From an uncultured SAR86 cluster bacterium (GTDB lineage: Bacteria > Pseudomonadota > Gammaproteobacteria > Magnimaribacterales > D2472), in the NCBI GenBank assembly GCA_902595065.1, contig CACJOM010000002.1, positions 60,547 to 124,546 on the forward strand: 64,000 nucleotides of DNA, read 5' to 3'. Shown here piece after piece: positions 9,920 to 19,410 of the stretch. The position numbers and the translations under genes were made by a program. Below the pieces are notes generated by a model. It was not told where the DNA came from and made no database searches. It was given only the letters and a program-made list of their open reading frames with translations. Each line of letters starts with the position of its first letter. The stretch's first letter is position 1.

Positions 9920-10527
9920 AACTATACAACAATCAAATGGCCAATAGCCCTAGAAAAGTAAGAATGTTTATATCTGAAAAGAATATAAAAGATATTGAGA
10001 TGGTTGAGATTGACCTAATGAAAGGGGAGCATAAGACTGCAGAATATCGTTCAATAGCTCCCAATTCCAGAATTCCTGCACTTCAGTTAGATGATGGCAC
10101 TGTTATTATGGAATCAACTGCTATATGTAGATATTTGGAATCTTTATATCCAGAGCCAAACTTATTTGGCGAAAGTCCAATGGAGATTGCTTCAATTGAG
10201 ATGTGGCAAGCAAGAATTTATAGTGAGCTCATGATTCCATTAGCAATGGGATTTCGACATTTGCATCCAGCAATGTCAGCATTGGAAACTCAGAATAAAG
10301 AATATGGCGAAACCCAAAAAAATATCGGTGTTAAGTCTTTAAAATACTTTAATAGTGTTCTTTCAGAATCTGAATTCGTTGCTGGTGATAGATATACCTT
10401 TGCAGATATTCAAATGATAACAACTACAGATTTTTTTATAGGCCTTAATCAATTAAAGCTGGAAGATTATCCTGAGATTCAAAGACATACTGATCTGATG
10501 TCTCAGCGAGAAAGTTTTTCTGCTTAA
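9916..10527 (+). CDS. glutathione S-transferase
   Basis: 203-aa ORF with a thioredoxin-like GST N-domain (SPRKVRMFISEK...IPALQLDDGTVIMESTAICRYLE). AGGAG lies 11 nt upstream. Confidence 0.8.
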   Translation: MKLYNNQMANSPRKVRMFISEKNIKDIEMVEIDLMKGEHKTAEYRSIAPNSRIPALQLDDGTVIMESTAICRYLESLYPEPNLFGESPMEIASIEMWQARIYSELMIPLAMGFRHLHPAMSALETQNKEYGETQKNIGVKSLKYFNSVLSESEFVAGDRYTFADIQMITTTDFFIGLNQLKLEDYPEIQRHTDLMSQRESFSA

Positions 10528-11429
10528 GATTTATCTGCCTGCTCAAGAATTTTTATAGTTTGCTCAGGGCCACTAAAAAGCTCTCTTGCATCTTCCATGT
10601 CAGATACCGAATCCCATCCAGCTGCTATATTTTCAGGAGTCATATTATCCCCAGTTCCAAGAGCTAAGCCCATTGTCTCAAGGATTCTAAACCTAGTAAA
10701 AACACCAGCCCCGGCACCAATAATAGCACCATTTTCGCTTTCCTCACTTGCTAGGTAGATTACAGCTGGAGTGACATATTCAGGCAAAAATCTCTCTCCG
10801 ATTCCCTCTGGAAATAGTGAATCTGTCATCCTTGATAAAGCTACAGGAGCAACTGCGCTGGAAAATACATTATATTTTTGACCTTCTATTTTTAAGCAAT
10901 TCATTAATCCAATCATCCCCATTTTTGCCGCGCCATAGTTTGCTTGACCAAAATTTCCACACAAACCACCCGATGAAGTGGTAAAAATTATTCTGCCAAA
11001 ATTTTGCTCTCTCATTATTGGATAAACTTCATGAGATGCATAGAAGCTCCCTTGAAAGTGCACATCCATCACCTGATCAAACTCTTCTGTTGTAATCTTA
11101 TGAAAACTTTTGTCTCTTAAGATGCCAGCGTTATTAACTAGAATATCTATTCTGCCCCATTCCTCCAAGGTTTCTGAAACCATTTTAGATACCCCTTCTT
11201 TGTCTGCAACGCTAGAGCCATTTGCAATCGCCTCTCCCCCTTCAGCCTTTATTTCCTCAACAACTGTATTGGCTGCATCGCTTGCACCACCTGAACCATC
11301 AACAGCACCACCAAGATCGTTAACCACGACTTTTGCACCCCTTCTTGCAAATTCAAGCGCATGCTGCTTTCCTAAGCCTCCTCCTGCGCCTGTTACAATT
11401 ACTACTTTGTCATCAAATCTTATAGTCAT
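10524..11429 (-). CDS. short-chain dehydrogenase/reductase, MFE-2 (3-hydroxyacyl-CoA dehydrogenase)-like
   Basis: 301-aa ORF. It has the TGAGGGLG cofactor loop, NNAG, and a YGAAK catalytic Tyr/Lys. The N-terminal pattern FDDKVVIVTGAGGGLGK..VVVNDLGG resembles the SDR domain of multifunctional enzyme type 2. Confidence 0.8.
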   Translation of the reverse strand: MTIRFDDKVVIVTGAGGGLGKQHALEFARRGAKVVVNDLGGAVDGSGGASDAANTVVEEIKAEGGEAIANGSSVADKEGVSKMVSETLEEWGRIDILVNNAGILRDKSFHKITTEEFDQVMDVHFQGSFYASHEVYPIMREQNFGRIIFTTSSGGLCGNFGQANYGAAKMGMIGLMNCLKIEGQKYNVFSSAVAPVALSRMTDSLFPEGIGERFLPEYVTPAVIYLASEESENGAIIGAGAGVFTRFRILETMGLALGTGDNMTPENIAAGWDSVSDMEDARELFSGPEQTIKILEQADKS

Positions 11430-11460
11430 GGTTATCTCCGTGTTGTTAGATATATTTTAA

Positions 11461-12684
11461 CTAATTTGAACCTGAAAAAATGGACTCAGGCTGAAAATTT
11501 TTATCTTTTAGAAGACTCATCTCTAATCTAAAACCATTAGTTAGAGCTCTTTTAAAAAGCATGAACTGCTTGGGTTTATTAACGCTATCAACTGCAATTA
11601 AATACCCATCTTTTCCATAGCAAGCTATAAATTCAGCAGCATCTATATCACCAATAATATGACATTCTTCATAGCCACTTGATAAACCTGCCATCTGTAA
11701 TTTTAAGTCATATTGATCTGACCAAAACCATGGCAACTCATTATTGAAAAGCTCATTTCCAACAATAGATGAAGAAACAACTTTTGATTGGGCTAATGCA
11801 TTTGGAACACTCTCAAGCCTGAATTCATAGTTAAATAAGGCATTGAATGAAGAGGCGCAATCGCCTAGCGCTAGGATATTTGGTATGGAAGTTCTGCAAT
11901 ACTGATCTGTCTTGATTCCATTACTACATTCTAAGCCAATTGAATCTGCAAGTTGCGAGTTAGGGATGGCTCCTATGCCTACTAGAACTATATCAGCTGC
12001 TAGACTTTCACCAGACTCTAAAGAAACTGAATGAATCATTTGATTTTCAGCATTTAAACTAGTTACTTTTGCATTACAAATAATCCTAACTCCTTTTTTG
12101 GAATGAAAATCATTATAAAATTCCGAAACCTCTGGACTAGTTACTCTTTGAAGAATTCGCTCTTCTGCCTCTAGGATGGTAACTTTTAAGCCAAGCTCTA
12201 TCATGGCTGAAGCTACCTCCAACCCTATGTATCCTCCGCCAATCAAAACTATTTCTTTCTCGGGAGTGATTTGTTGTTGCATAGATACTACATCAGTTAT
12301 TTGCCTCAAATAGAATAAATTTTTTGAATCGGCATTTTCCATTGGCAACAATCTTGGAGTTGCTCCAGTGGCAAAAACTAAATAGTCAAAATCAAAGGAG
12401 ACATCCTTTGCAATAGCTAGGTTTGATTCTAAATCAATGGAATCAATTTTGGTATTCAAATTAATTGAGATCTTTTGCTCTTCATAAAAATCAGCAGATT
12501 TAAAGCCCAACTTTTCTATTGCAATATTTTGCTTAAGAAAGTCTTTTGAGAGCGGAGGTCTATGGTAAGGGAGATACTTCTCATCACTAATTATCGTGAT
12601 TTCTCCATCAAAACCATCCTTTCTTAGCGCAAATGCTGTATTTGCACCAGCATGACCTCCTCCAATAATTAAAACTTTAGTCAT
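11461..12684 (-). CDS. FAD-dependent NAD(P)H:ferredoxin/rubredoxin reductase family oxidoreductase
   Basis: 407-aa ORF with two dinucleotide-binding motifs (IIGGGHAG and LIGGGYIGLE) and a conserved LGDCA segment, as in putidaredoxin/rubredoxin reductases. Confidence 0.8.
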   Translation of the reverse strand: MTKVLIIGGGHAGANTAFALRKDGFDGEITIISDEKYLPYHRPPLSKDFLKQNIAIEKLGFKSADFYEEQKISINLNTKIDSIDLESNLAIAKDVSFDFDYLVFATGATPRLLPMENADSKNLFYLRQITDVVSMQQQITPEKEIVLIGGGYIGLEVASAMIELGLKVTILEAEERILQRVTSPEVSEFYNDFHSKKGVRIICNAKVTSLNAENQMIHSVSLESGESLAADIVLVGIGAIPNSQLADSIGLECSNGIKTDQYCRTSIPNILALGDCASSFNALFNYEFRLESVPNALAQSKVVSSSIVGNELFNNELPWFWSDQYDLKLQMAGLSSGYEECHIIGDIDAAEFIACYGKDGYLIAVDSVNKPKQFMLFKRALTNGFRLEMSLLKDKNFQPESIFSGSN

Positions 12685-12705
12685 TGATTGAACCGATTGG
12701 ATTTA

Positions 12706-13329
12706 ATGAAAACATATCTATACTTATCTCTTATGAAGAATAAAATTGTAGCTCACAAAGACCTAAAAATTCGAATAGAAGAAGGTTTTTTTAATACTGT
12801 TGATTCCGATACATTGCTTAAAAATTTTATAAAAAAGCTTCCCTGGGAGTCGATGACAATTAAAATGTTTGGCAGGGATACGAAGATTCCTAGATTGCAG
12901 TGCTGGATAGGTGATCAAGGGTGTGAATACAGATATTCAGGCAAACAATTAAATCGTCAAGCTTGGAATCAGGATCTAATCATGATTAGAAAAAGAATTT
13001 TTAAAAAATTCAAGATTGATTTTAATTCAGTGCTGGCAAATTACTACAGAGACGGCAAAGACTCAATGGGATGGCATTCTGATGATGAAAAAGAACTCGG
13101 TCCTAATCCAACCATAGCCTCAATCTCTTTTGGCAGCGAAAGAGATTTAGTTTTTAAAAATAAAATAAGCAGAGAGACTCTTGCAATCCCTCAAACTAAT
13201 GGATGTTTAATCTTGATTTATGGTGAGACTCAAAAAAATTGGCAACATTCTATAAAAAAGACTCAAAAAGTCATTGGCCCACGAATTAATCTAACGTTTA
13301 GGAATATAATAAACAAAAATAATTTTTAA
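12706..13329 (+). CDS. alkB: Fe(II)/2-oxoglutarate-dependent dioxygenase, AlkB family
   Basis: The ORF track starts at TTG 12688, only 3 nt from the divergent ATG. The first ATG is 12706, and 12733 is also possible. The HxD...H triad (WHSDDE ... WQHSI) and RINLTFR are present. Confidence 0.75.
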   Translation: MKTYLYLSLMKNKIVAHKDLKIRIEEGFFNTVDSDTLLKNFIKKLPWESMTIKMFGRDTKIPRLQCWIGDQGCEYRYSGKQLNRQAWNQDLIMIRKRIFKKFKIDFNSVLANYYRDGKDSMGWHSDDEKELGPNPTIASISFGSERDLVFKNKISRETLAIPQTNGCLILIYGETQKNWQHSIKKTQKVIGPRINLTFRNIINKNNF

Positions 13330-13340
13330 GGATTGTTAAA

Positions 13341-14336
13341 ATGAATAGAGTTAAAGTTGTTGTTACTGGTGCTGCAGGTCAAATTAGTTACTCTTTAATA
13401 CCTAGATTAGTAGATGGAAATACATTTGGAGATAAAATTGTTGATCTCGAGTTAGTAGAAATCCCTCAAGTAGTAGATAAATTAGAGGGTCTGGTAATGG
13501 AGTTAGAAGATTCTAATTTTCCTAATATGGGAAATGTAAATTACACATCAGATTTTGAAGAAGCTGCAAAAGATGCAGACTGGTTCCTCTTAGTGGGAAG
13601 CATTCCTAGGGGAATTGTATTCAATGGTAAAAAAATTGAAGAACGGGCAGACTTACTTCAAATTAATGGAGGTATTTTTGTAGGCCAGGGTCAAGCAATT
13701 GGTAGATTTGGTAAATCAGATGCAAAAATCTTAGTGGTAGGCAATCCAGCTAACACGAATGCCCTAATTGGCAGGCATGCAGCAAAGAATGATTCACAAT
13801 TATGGATGGCCATGACGATGCTGGATTCAAGTAGAGCAAGGTCTGTTTTATCAAAGAAACTTAATATTGGAATCGGTGACATAAGCAAAATGATCATATG
13901 GGGAAATCATAGTCCGACTATGTACCCTGACTTTGAAAATGTTATTGCAAATGGATCGTCTGGAAAAGATCTTATCGATGATATGAATTGGGTTAGTAAT
14001 GAGTTTTTACCAGTTGTGCAACAAAGGGGTAAAGCTGTGATTGATTCGCGAGGAGCATCCTCTGCAACCTCAGCAGCAAAAGCTGCCCTAGATACGGTTA
14101 TTGCTTGTGAGAACCCTTCGGCGTCTGGAGATTGTTTTAGTGCGGCAGTAATAAGTGATGGTAGTTATGATCTTCCAGAGGAAATTATTTGTGGCATGCC
14201 TTTGATGACCACTCCAGAAGGTAAAGTTGAGATTGTAAGAGACATTGTTTTATCTGATTTTGCAAAAGGAAAAATAAAAATTTCAACAGATGAGTTGATT
14301 GATGAAAGAGCTGCGGTTAAGGATTTATTAAAATAA
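13341..14336 (+). CDS. mdh: malate dehydrogenase (NAD-dependent, long cytosolic-type family)
   Basis: 331-aa ORF. VVTGAAGQISYSL Rossmann start, GNPANTNA and WGNHS motifs are present. Confidence 0.9.
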   Translation: MNRVKVVVTGAAGQISYSLIPRLVDGNTFGDKIVDLELVEIPQVVDKLEGLVMELEDSNFPNMGNVNYTSDFEEAAKDADWFLLVGSIPRGIVFNGKKIEERADLLQINGGIFVGQGQAIGRFGKSDAKILVVGNPANTNALIGRHAAKNDSQLWMAMTMLDSSRARSVLSKKLNIGIGDISKMIIWGNHSPTMYPDFENVIANGSSGKDLIDDMNWVSNEFLPVVQQRGKAVIDSRGASSATSAAKAALDTVIACENPSASGDCFSAAVISDGSYDLPEEIICGMPLMTTPEGKVEIVRDIVLSDFAKGKIKISTDELIDERAAVKDLLK

Positions 14337-14786
14337 ATGAGTAAAAGTGGATTAAATGATTTCTTGCTAGAAGTTATCCACAATGAATCTGTTAGATCGG
14401 TTTTAGCAATCACAGAAAAAAATTTAAGCACTTTTGCAAATGCATGCGAGGACATACTTAAAAGCATGTCGATTATTAGCTTAAGCCAACTAGACTCCAA
14501 TGGTGCTTTGCCGAATGATTTATGTATAGTCTTTGACGATATGCCAATATCAAAAACACAAATTGGCTTAATTAAAAATAGTCTTGCTCAAAAGATATTG
14601 GTTCTTAAAAAAAGTAAAGATGATAATGACCATCAAAATTTCTTAGAGCTAGGCTTTACTCACGACAATGAAATAAAACCAGCAAGAGTTTATTCCTATA
14701 ACTTAAAAACCTATAACAATAAAAGAGGCTGGAATAATCCTGAGGGATGGGCTAATCCTGAAAATTTTGAAAAGTATAGATGGTAG
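14337..14786 (+). CDS. hypothetical protein (149 aa) with Trp-rich C-terminal motif
   Basis: The ATG directly abuts the mdh stop (TAAATG). The stop lies 3 nt from the convergent lysS stop. The C-terminus is YNNKRGWNNPEGWANPENFEKYRW. I cannot confidently assign a family. Confidence 0.5.
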   Translation: MSKSGLNDFLLEVIHNESVRSVLAITEKNLSTFANACEDILKSMSIISLSQLDSNGALPNDLCIVFDDMPISKTQIGLIKNSLAQKILVLKKSKDDNDHQNFLELGFTHDNEIKPARVYSYNLKTYNNKRGWNNPEGWANPENFEKYRW

Positions 14787-14789
14787 CTC

Positions 14790-16280
14790 TCAAGATTTTA
14801 ATTGAGGGAATAAAATAACATCCCTTATTGAGCTTTGATTTGTTAGCATCATAACCAATCTATCTATTCCAATGCCAACTCCTACTGCAGGTGGCATGCC
14901 ATGCTCCAATGCAGTAATATAATCCTGGTCAAAGCCCATTGCTTCATCATCGCCATCTGCTTTAGCTCTAGCCTGATCTTTAAATCTCTCCGCTTGATCA
15001 TCTGGGTCATTTAATTCACAAAAGCCATTAGCGATTTCCTTGCCTCCAATAAATAATTCAAATCTATCAGCGATAGCCGGATTTTCATTATTTCTCCTTG
15101 ATAATGGTGATACCTCTACGGGATACTCTGTAACAAATGTTGGTTGAATAAGTTGATTCTCTACTGTCTTTTCAAAAATCTCTAATAAAATTTTTCCAGC
15201 TCCCCAAGATTTCTTAAGTGGCACTTTGAGTGACTTCGAATAACTTGTAAGCTTGTCCAAACTTGTTAAATCCTCAATGCTTAGATCGGAGTTATGTTCT
15301 AACACTAAATTATTAAGAGTTTTGATAGAAAAATTAGAAAGATCTATTTTGTCGTCATCCCATTCAATTTCATCATTATTACCAATTGCTGCTGAGGCTG
15401 ATTGAATAATATTCTTAGTGAAATCTATTGTTCCATTAAAAGTAGCAAAAGCAGCGTAAAACTCTAACATCGTAAACTCTGGGTTATGCCTTGTAGACAA
15501 CCCTTCATTCCTAAAACTTCTATTAATCTCAAAAACCTTTTCAAATCCTCCTACCAATAGTCTTTTAAGGTGGAGCTCGGGTGCAATTCTTAAAAAGAGC
15601 TCCCTATCGAGAGCATTATGTTGAGTTACAAAGGGTTTAGCTACAGCTCCACCAGGTATGGAATGCATCATAGGGGTTTCTACTTCAAGAAAACCATCCT
15701 CAATCATTGTAGCTCTTACAGATGACACTATTTGAGAACGCTTAATAAAGATCTCTTTTGATTCAGGGCTACTCATTAAGTCCAAGTATCGTTGGCGATA
15801 TTTAATTTCAATATCAGCTAAGCCTTTATGTTTTTCAGGCATCGGTCTTAGCGATTTGGTGATTAGGACAATTGAGTGAGCCTCGACTGTTAGTTCTTCT
15901 GTTTTTGTTTTAAATAAATTACCATCAACACCGATAATATCTCCAAGATCCCATGATTTAAAATTTTTATATAAATCTGGATCTATATTATTTTTACTGA
16001 TGTAAGCTTGAATGTCTCCTGAGCCATCTCTAATAGTTACAAAGCTGGCATTGCCCATCACTCTTTTTAAGACTATTCTTCCTGCAACTGATAGATTAGT
16101 GATTTTTTTATCTTCAAGCTCCTCTTTATTTAAGTGGCCATAAGAATCATGCAATTCTTGAGCCTTATTAGCAGGAGTGAAGTTGTTTACAAAAGCTATA
16201 TTCTGCTCTCTAAGCTCTTCAAGCTTCCTTCGTCTCTCTTCTAATATAGAGGCCTCGCCACCAATATTTGAATCACTCAT
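14790..16280 (-). CDS. lysS: lysine--tRNA ligase, class II
   Basis: 496-aa ORF with an OB-fold anticodon-binding region, then class II motifs (FRNEG, GGFEKVFE, GIGIDRLVM). It abuts the prfB stop, the classical prfB-lysS pairing. Confidence 0.95.
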   Translation of the reverse strand: MSDSNIGGEASILEERRRKLEELREQNIAFVNNFTPANKAQELHDSYGHLNKEELEDKKITNLSVAGRIVLKRVMGNASFVTIRDGSGDIQAYISKNNIDPDLYKNFKSWDLGDIIGVDGNLFKTKTEELTVEAHSIVLITKSLRPMPEKHKGLADIEIKYRQRYLDLMSSPESKEIFIKRSQIVSSVRATMIEDGFLEVETPMMHSIPGGAVAKPFVTQHNALDRELFLRIAPELHLKRLLVGGFEKVFEINRSFRNEGLSTRHNPEFTMLEFYAAFATFNGTIDFTKNIIQSASAAIGNNDEIEWDDDKIDLSNFSIKTLNNLVLEHNSDLSIEDLTSLDKLTSYSKSLKVPLKKSWGAGKILLEIFEKTVENQLIQPTFVTEYPVEVSPLSRRNNENPAIADRFELFIGGKEIANGFCELNDPDDQAERFKDQARAKADGDDEAMGFDQDYITALEHGMPPAVGVGIGIDRLVMMLTNQSSIRDVILFPQLKS

Positions 16281-17376
16281 TTATACTCCTTGGGTTAGAC
16301 TAGCTTTAATAAAAATATCTATATCTCCATCTAGGACTGAAGAGATATTACCACTTTCAACGTTTGTTCTTAAGTCTTTAATGCGAGATTGATCTAAAAC
16401 GTAGGAACGAATTTGGCTGCCCCAGCCAATATCAGACTTACTATCTTCTAATAACTGTTGTTCATCTTTCTGCTTTTGTAATTCAAGCTCATAGAGTTTT
16501 GATTTGAGTTGTTTAAAGGCATTATCTTTATTTTTGTGTTGAGATCGATCATTCTGGCACTGCACAACAGTGCCGGTTGGAACATGAGTTAAACGTACAG
16601 CTGAATCTGTTTTGTTAACGTGCTGACCGCCAGCTCCAGAGGCTCTATAGGTATCAATTCTTACATCAGCAGGATTTAACTCAACTTCAATTGACTCATC
16701 AATTTCTGGAGAGATAAATACAGATGCAAATGATGTATGTCGCCTACTCCCTGAATCGAAAGGTGACTTCCTAACCAATCGATGAACTCCAGTTTCCGTT
16801 CTTAACCATCCATATGCATAACTACCTTTAATCAGCAGTGATGCTGATTTTATTCCGGCGACCTCTCCGGGTGAATGTTCAATTACTGACACGGAAAATT
16901 CGTGCTTTTCAGCCCATCTCGTATACATTCTAAGAAGCATATCAGCCCAATCTTGAGCTTCAGTTCCACCTGAGCCAGATTGGATATCGATAAATGCAGA
17001 GTTAGGATCCATTTTATTAGAAAACATTCTATTGAACTCTAGATCTTCTACACTTGAAATCAGAGCTTGGGCTTCTTCCTCAATTTCATTGATAGACGCA
17101 TCATCTGATTCTTCAATTGCAATATCTAAAAGATCAAGATTATCGTTGATAGCTTCTTCAGCAGATAAAAAGAGATTTAGAAATTTTTCTATATCTGTTT
17201 TTTCTTTATTAAGAGATTGGGATAGCTCTAAATCAGACCAGGTAGACTCATCAGACAATCTATTATTAATATCTTCTAACGCACTTTCTTTATCAGCTAC
17301 GTCAAAGATGCCCCCGGAGATCGTTCATACGATCTCGGAGATCATTAAGGACTGATTTAATTTCACCTGTTTCCAT
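16281..17376 (-). CDS. prfB: peptide chain release factor 2, requires programmed +1 frameshift
   Basis: Frame 0 is ATG 17376 ... METGEIKSVLNDLRDRMNDLRGHL, then in-frame TGA (17304-17302). Slipping +1 on CTT TGA C continues as DVADKESALEDINNRLSDESTW... into ORF 16281..17258. The SPF and GGQHVN motifs are present. The joined product is about 364 aa. Confidence 0.95.
17301..17316 (-). promoter_or_regulatory. RF2 autoregulatory +1 frameshift site (SD-like GGGGG + CTT TGA C)
   Basis: The minus strand reads CGG GGG CAT CTT TGA C. E. coli has AGG GGG TAT CTT TGA C. The +1 frame is in phase with ORF 16281..17258. Confidence 0.9.
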
Positions 17377-17443
17377 GGACTCGTATTTTAATCTCTTTAT
17401 CGAGTCTATGAAACAATAAATAGAATAAACATTGAAACTGACT

Positions 17444-18022
17444 TTATTTTGATTCTCTAATCATAGGAAATGCAGGAGGAGAGCTCTCAAATTGCACCTT
17501 TCCAATCTCCACAAAACCATGTCTTTCATATAAAGCTTTGTTTTGCTCATTGGATGCTTCTAAATAAGCCCTATCACCTCTTTCATCAATCATTTGCAAT
17601 GCTTCCTTAAGCAGGAAAGAACCAATACCTTTTCTTTGTTGTGCTGGATCAACAGCAATAAAAGACAAGTACCAAGCATCATCTGGGTGATATTTCTCAA
17701 ATTCTTCAAAAAATTTTGCAGCTACCTCAACACGATCAGAGGGGATATATTCAAAGGTTGGTTCTAGAACAGAATTATCAAAATCAATTCCAGGCGGATG
17801 CCAAAGAGACGATCCATACAAATTCTCTTCTGAGTAGACAATATTATTTTCAAAAGCAATCTTTGAAAATTCCTCCATCCATATATCAAAGCATTTTAAA
17901 AATGATGCTGCGTCAGGAAAAACCCATCTAATCAATGCATCTGAAGCAAAGCCTAACTTAAGAACCCCTTTCACGCGGTCTAAATCTGTTTGAGGTGCTT
18001 TAATTATTTTTGGTATATCCAT
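17444..18022 (-). CDS. GNAT family N-acetyltransferase
   Basis: 192-aa ORF with the acetyl-CoA-binding motif A, QQRKGIGSFLLKEAL, and a C-terminal YERHGF. Confidence 0.75.
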   Translation of the reverse strand: MDIPKIIKAPQTDLDRVKGVLKLGFASDALIRWVFPDAASFLKCFDIWMEEFSKIAFENNIVYSEENLYGSSLWHPPGIDFDNSVLEPTFEYIPSDRVEVAAKFFEEFEKYHPDDAWYLSFIAVDPAQQRKGIGSFLLKEALQMIDERGDRAYLEASNEQNKALYERHGFVEIGKVQFESSPPAFPMIRESK

Positions 18023-18033
18023 AAATTAAATAT

Positions 18034-19410
18034 TTAGTTATTTAGGTTAATAAAATTAATAATTTGATTGTAATCAGCGTCAAATGTATGAAGATGCTCA
18101 TCTTTCTCAAAAAGGTTACTTAAAGATGCAGGAAGTGAACTTATTTCTATGTTCAAGTCTTCATATACTTTGGGAAATTTTGCAGGATGTGCGGTTGATA
18201 AAACAACAAAATGATTACCTGAATCACTTTTCTGGAAGGCCTCAACGGCAGCAACGGCTGTATGAGGATCTAAGATGTATCCGTGTGTATCGTAAATTTC
18301 TTTAATCATGTTTGTTGTCTCTGCATCATTGACCTTGTTTGAAGAAAAAAGGTCATCTTTCTTTTTCCAAATTTTCTGATCAAACTCAATTGGAAGATCG
18401 GGAAAATTATTAAACATTGTTGAGGATTTAGAAGAATCCCTATCTAAAAAAAGATCATATACCAGTCTTTCAAAATTACTCGCCACACTTATATCCATGC
18501 TGGGTGATAAAGTTTCACGAACATGTTGCTTTGAATAGTTATTCTCGCTAAAAAATCGATGCAAAATATCATTATTATTTACAGCTACAGAAATTTTTTT
18601 CATGGGTAGCCCCATTTTATGGGCTGAATAGCAAGCAAATACATTACCAAAATTTCCAGTCGGGACTGAGAAAATTAAATCTCCCTTTTGGTGCAGTTTA
18701 TTAAAAGCATAGAAGTAATAACAAATTTGGCCAATAATTCTAGTCCAGTTGATTGAATTAACCGCTAGTAAGTATTGATTATTTTTTAAAAAATCACGTT
18801 TTTTAAAAGCTAATTTGACTAAGTCTTGGCAATCATCAAATGTTCCGCTAACTCTTAAGGCAAATACATTTGAAGCATTGATGGTGCTCATTTGTCTTCT
18901 TTGAACTTCAGACATATTCCCCGTGGGAAGCATGATGAAGCTTTTAATTCGATCATAGTTTTTACATGCATCAATAGCAGCTGAGCCAGTGTCGCCGGAT
19001 GTTGCGCCTAGAACAATTGCTGTTCTATTTTCAGATTCTAGTACTTTATTAAAAAAAGCTGCAGCCAATTGCAATCCAAAATCTTTAAATGCCGCAGTAG
19101 GACCGTGAAAAAGTTCTAGTATTGAAACTGAATTTACTTCTTTAATACCAATTAAGTCCTTATGCTCAAAATCATGCCAGGTTGATTCAACTATATTTAT
19201 AGTTTCATCTTGAGAGAAAGATGATGCAGTAAATAACGGCACAACACATTTGGCTATCTCTATGAAGGAGGTTTTGGACCTAATTTCATCTAAATCAACT
19301 TGTGGCCAGTAATCTGGCATAAAAAGACCACCATCGTCAGCAAGGCCTTGCATTAAAATTGATGCAAAATCTTTTCCAGAATCTTTTCCGCGAGTGGAGT
19401 GAAAGAGCAT
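18034..19410 (-). CDS. thrC: threonine synthase (long form)
   Basis: 458-aa ORF with N-terminal FHSTRG..GLADDGGLFMP. The PLP-lysine region is HGPTAAFKDFG. Confidence 0.9.
   Translation of the reverse strand: MLFHSTRGKDSGKDFASILMQGLADDGGLFMPDYWPQVDLDEIRSKTSFIEIAKCVVPLFTASSFSQDETINIVESTWHDFEHKDLIGIKEVNSVSILELFHGPTAAFKDFGLQLAAAFFNKVLESENRTAIVLGATSGDTGSAAIDACKNYDRIKSFIMLPTGNMSEVQRRQMSTINASNVFALRVSGTFDDCQDLVKLAFKKRDFLKNNQYLLAVNSINWTRIIGQICYYFYAFNKLHQKGDLIFSVPTGNFGNVFACYSAHKMGLPMKKISVAVNNNDILHRFFSENNYSKQHVRETLSPSMDISVASNFERLVYDLFLDRDSSKSSTMFNNFPDLPIEFDQKIWKKKDDLFSSNKVNDAETTNMIKEIYDTHGYILDPHTAVAAVEAFQKSDSGNHFVVLSTAHPAKFPKVYEDLNIEISSLPASLSNLFEKDEHLHTFDADYNQIINFINLNN

Noticed and set aside
11110-11460. 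Long antisense ORFs inside well-supported genes (11110-11460, 20185-20670, 28214-28579, 49497-49901, 52532-52855)
   Set aside because: They are shadow ORFs opposite strongly conserved genes (SDR, hom, groEL, sucC, sucB). Their translations are low-complexity (Ser/Pro/Ala-rich) and match no family.
14374-14382. Third exact TTATCCACA, inside the hypothetical ORF
   Set aside because: It is isolated and inside coding sequence (EVIHNE). From base composition, about one chance occurrence per 64 kb on both strands is expected (rough estimate).
17378-17406. Inverted repeat GACTCG...CGAGTC ending 1 nt before the prfB ATG
   Set aside because: It is only 6 bp with a 17-nt loop and has no U-tract. That is too weak to claim as a terminator or a translational control element.
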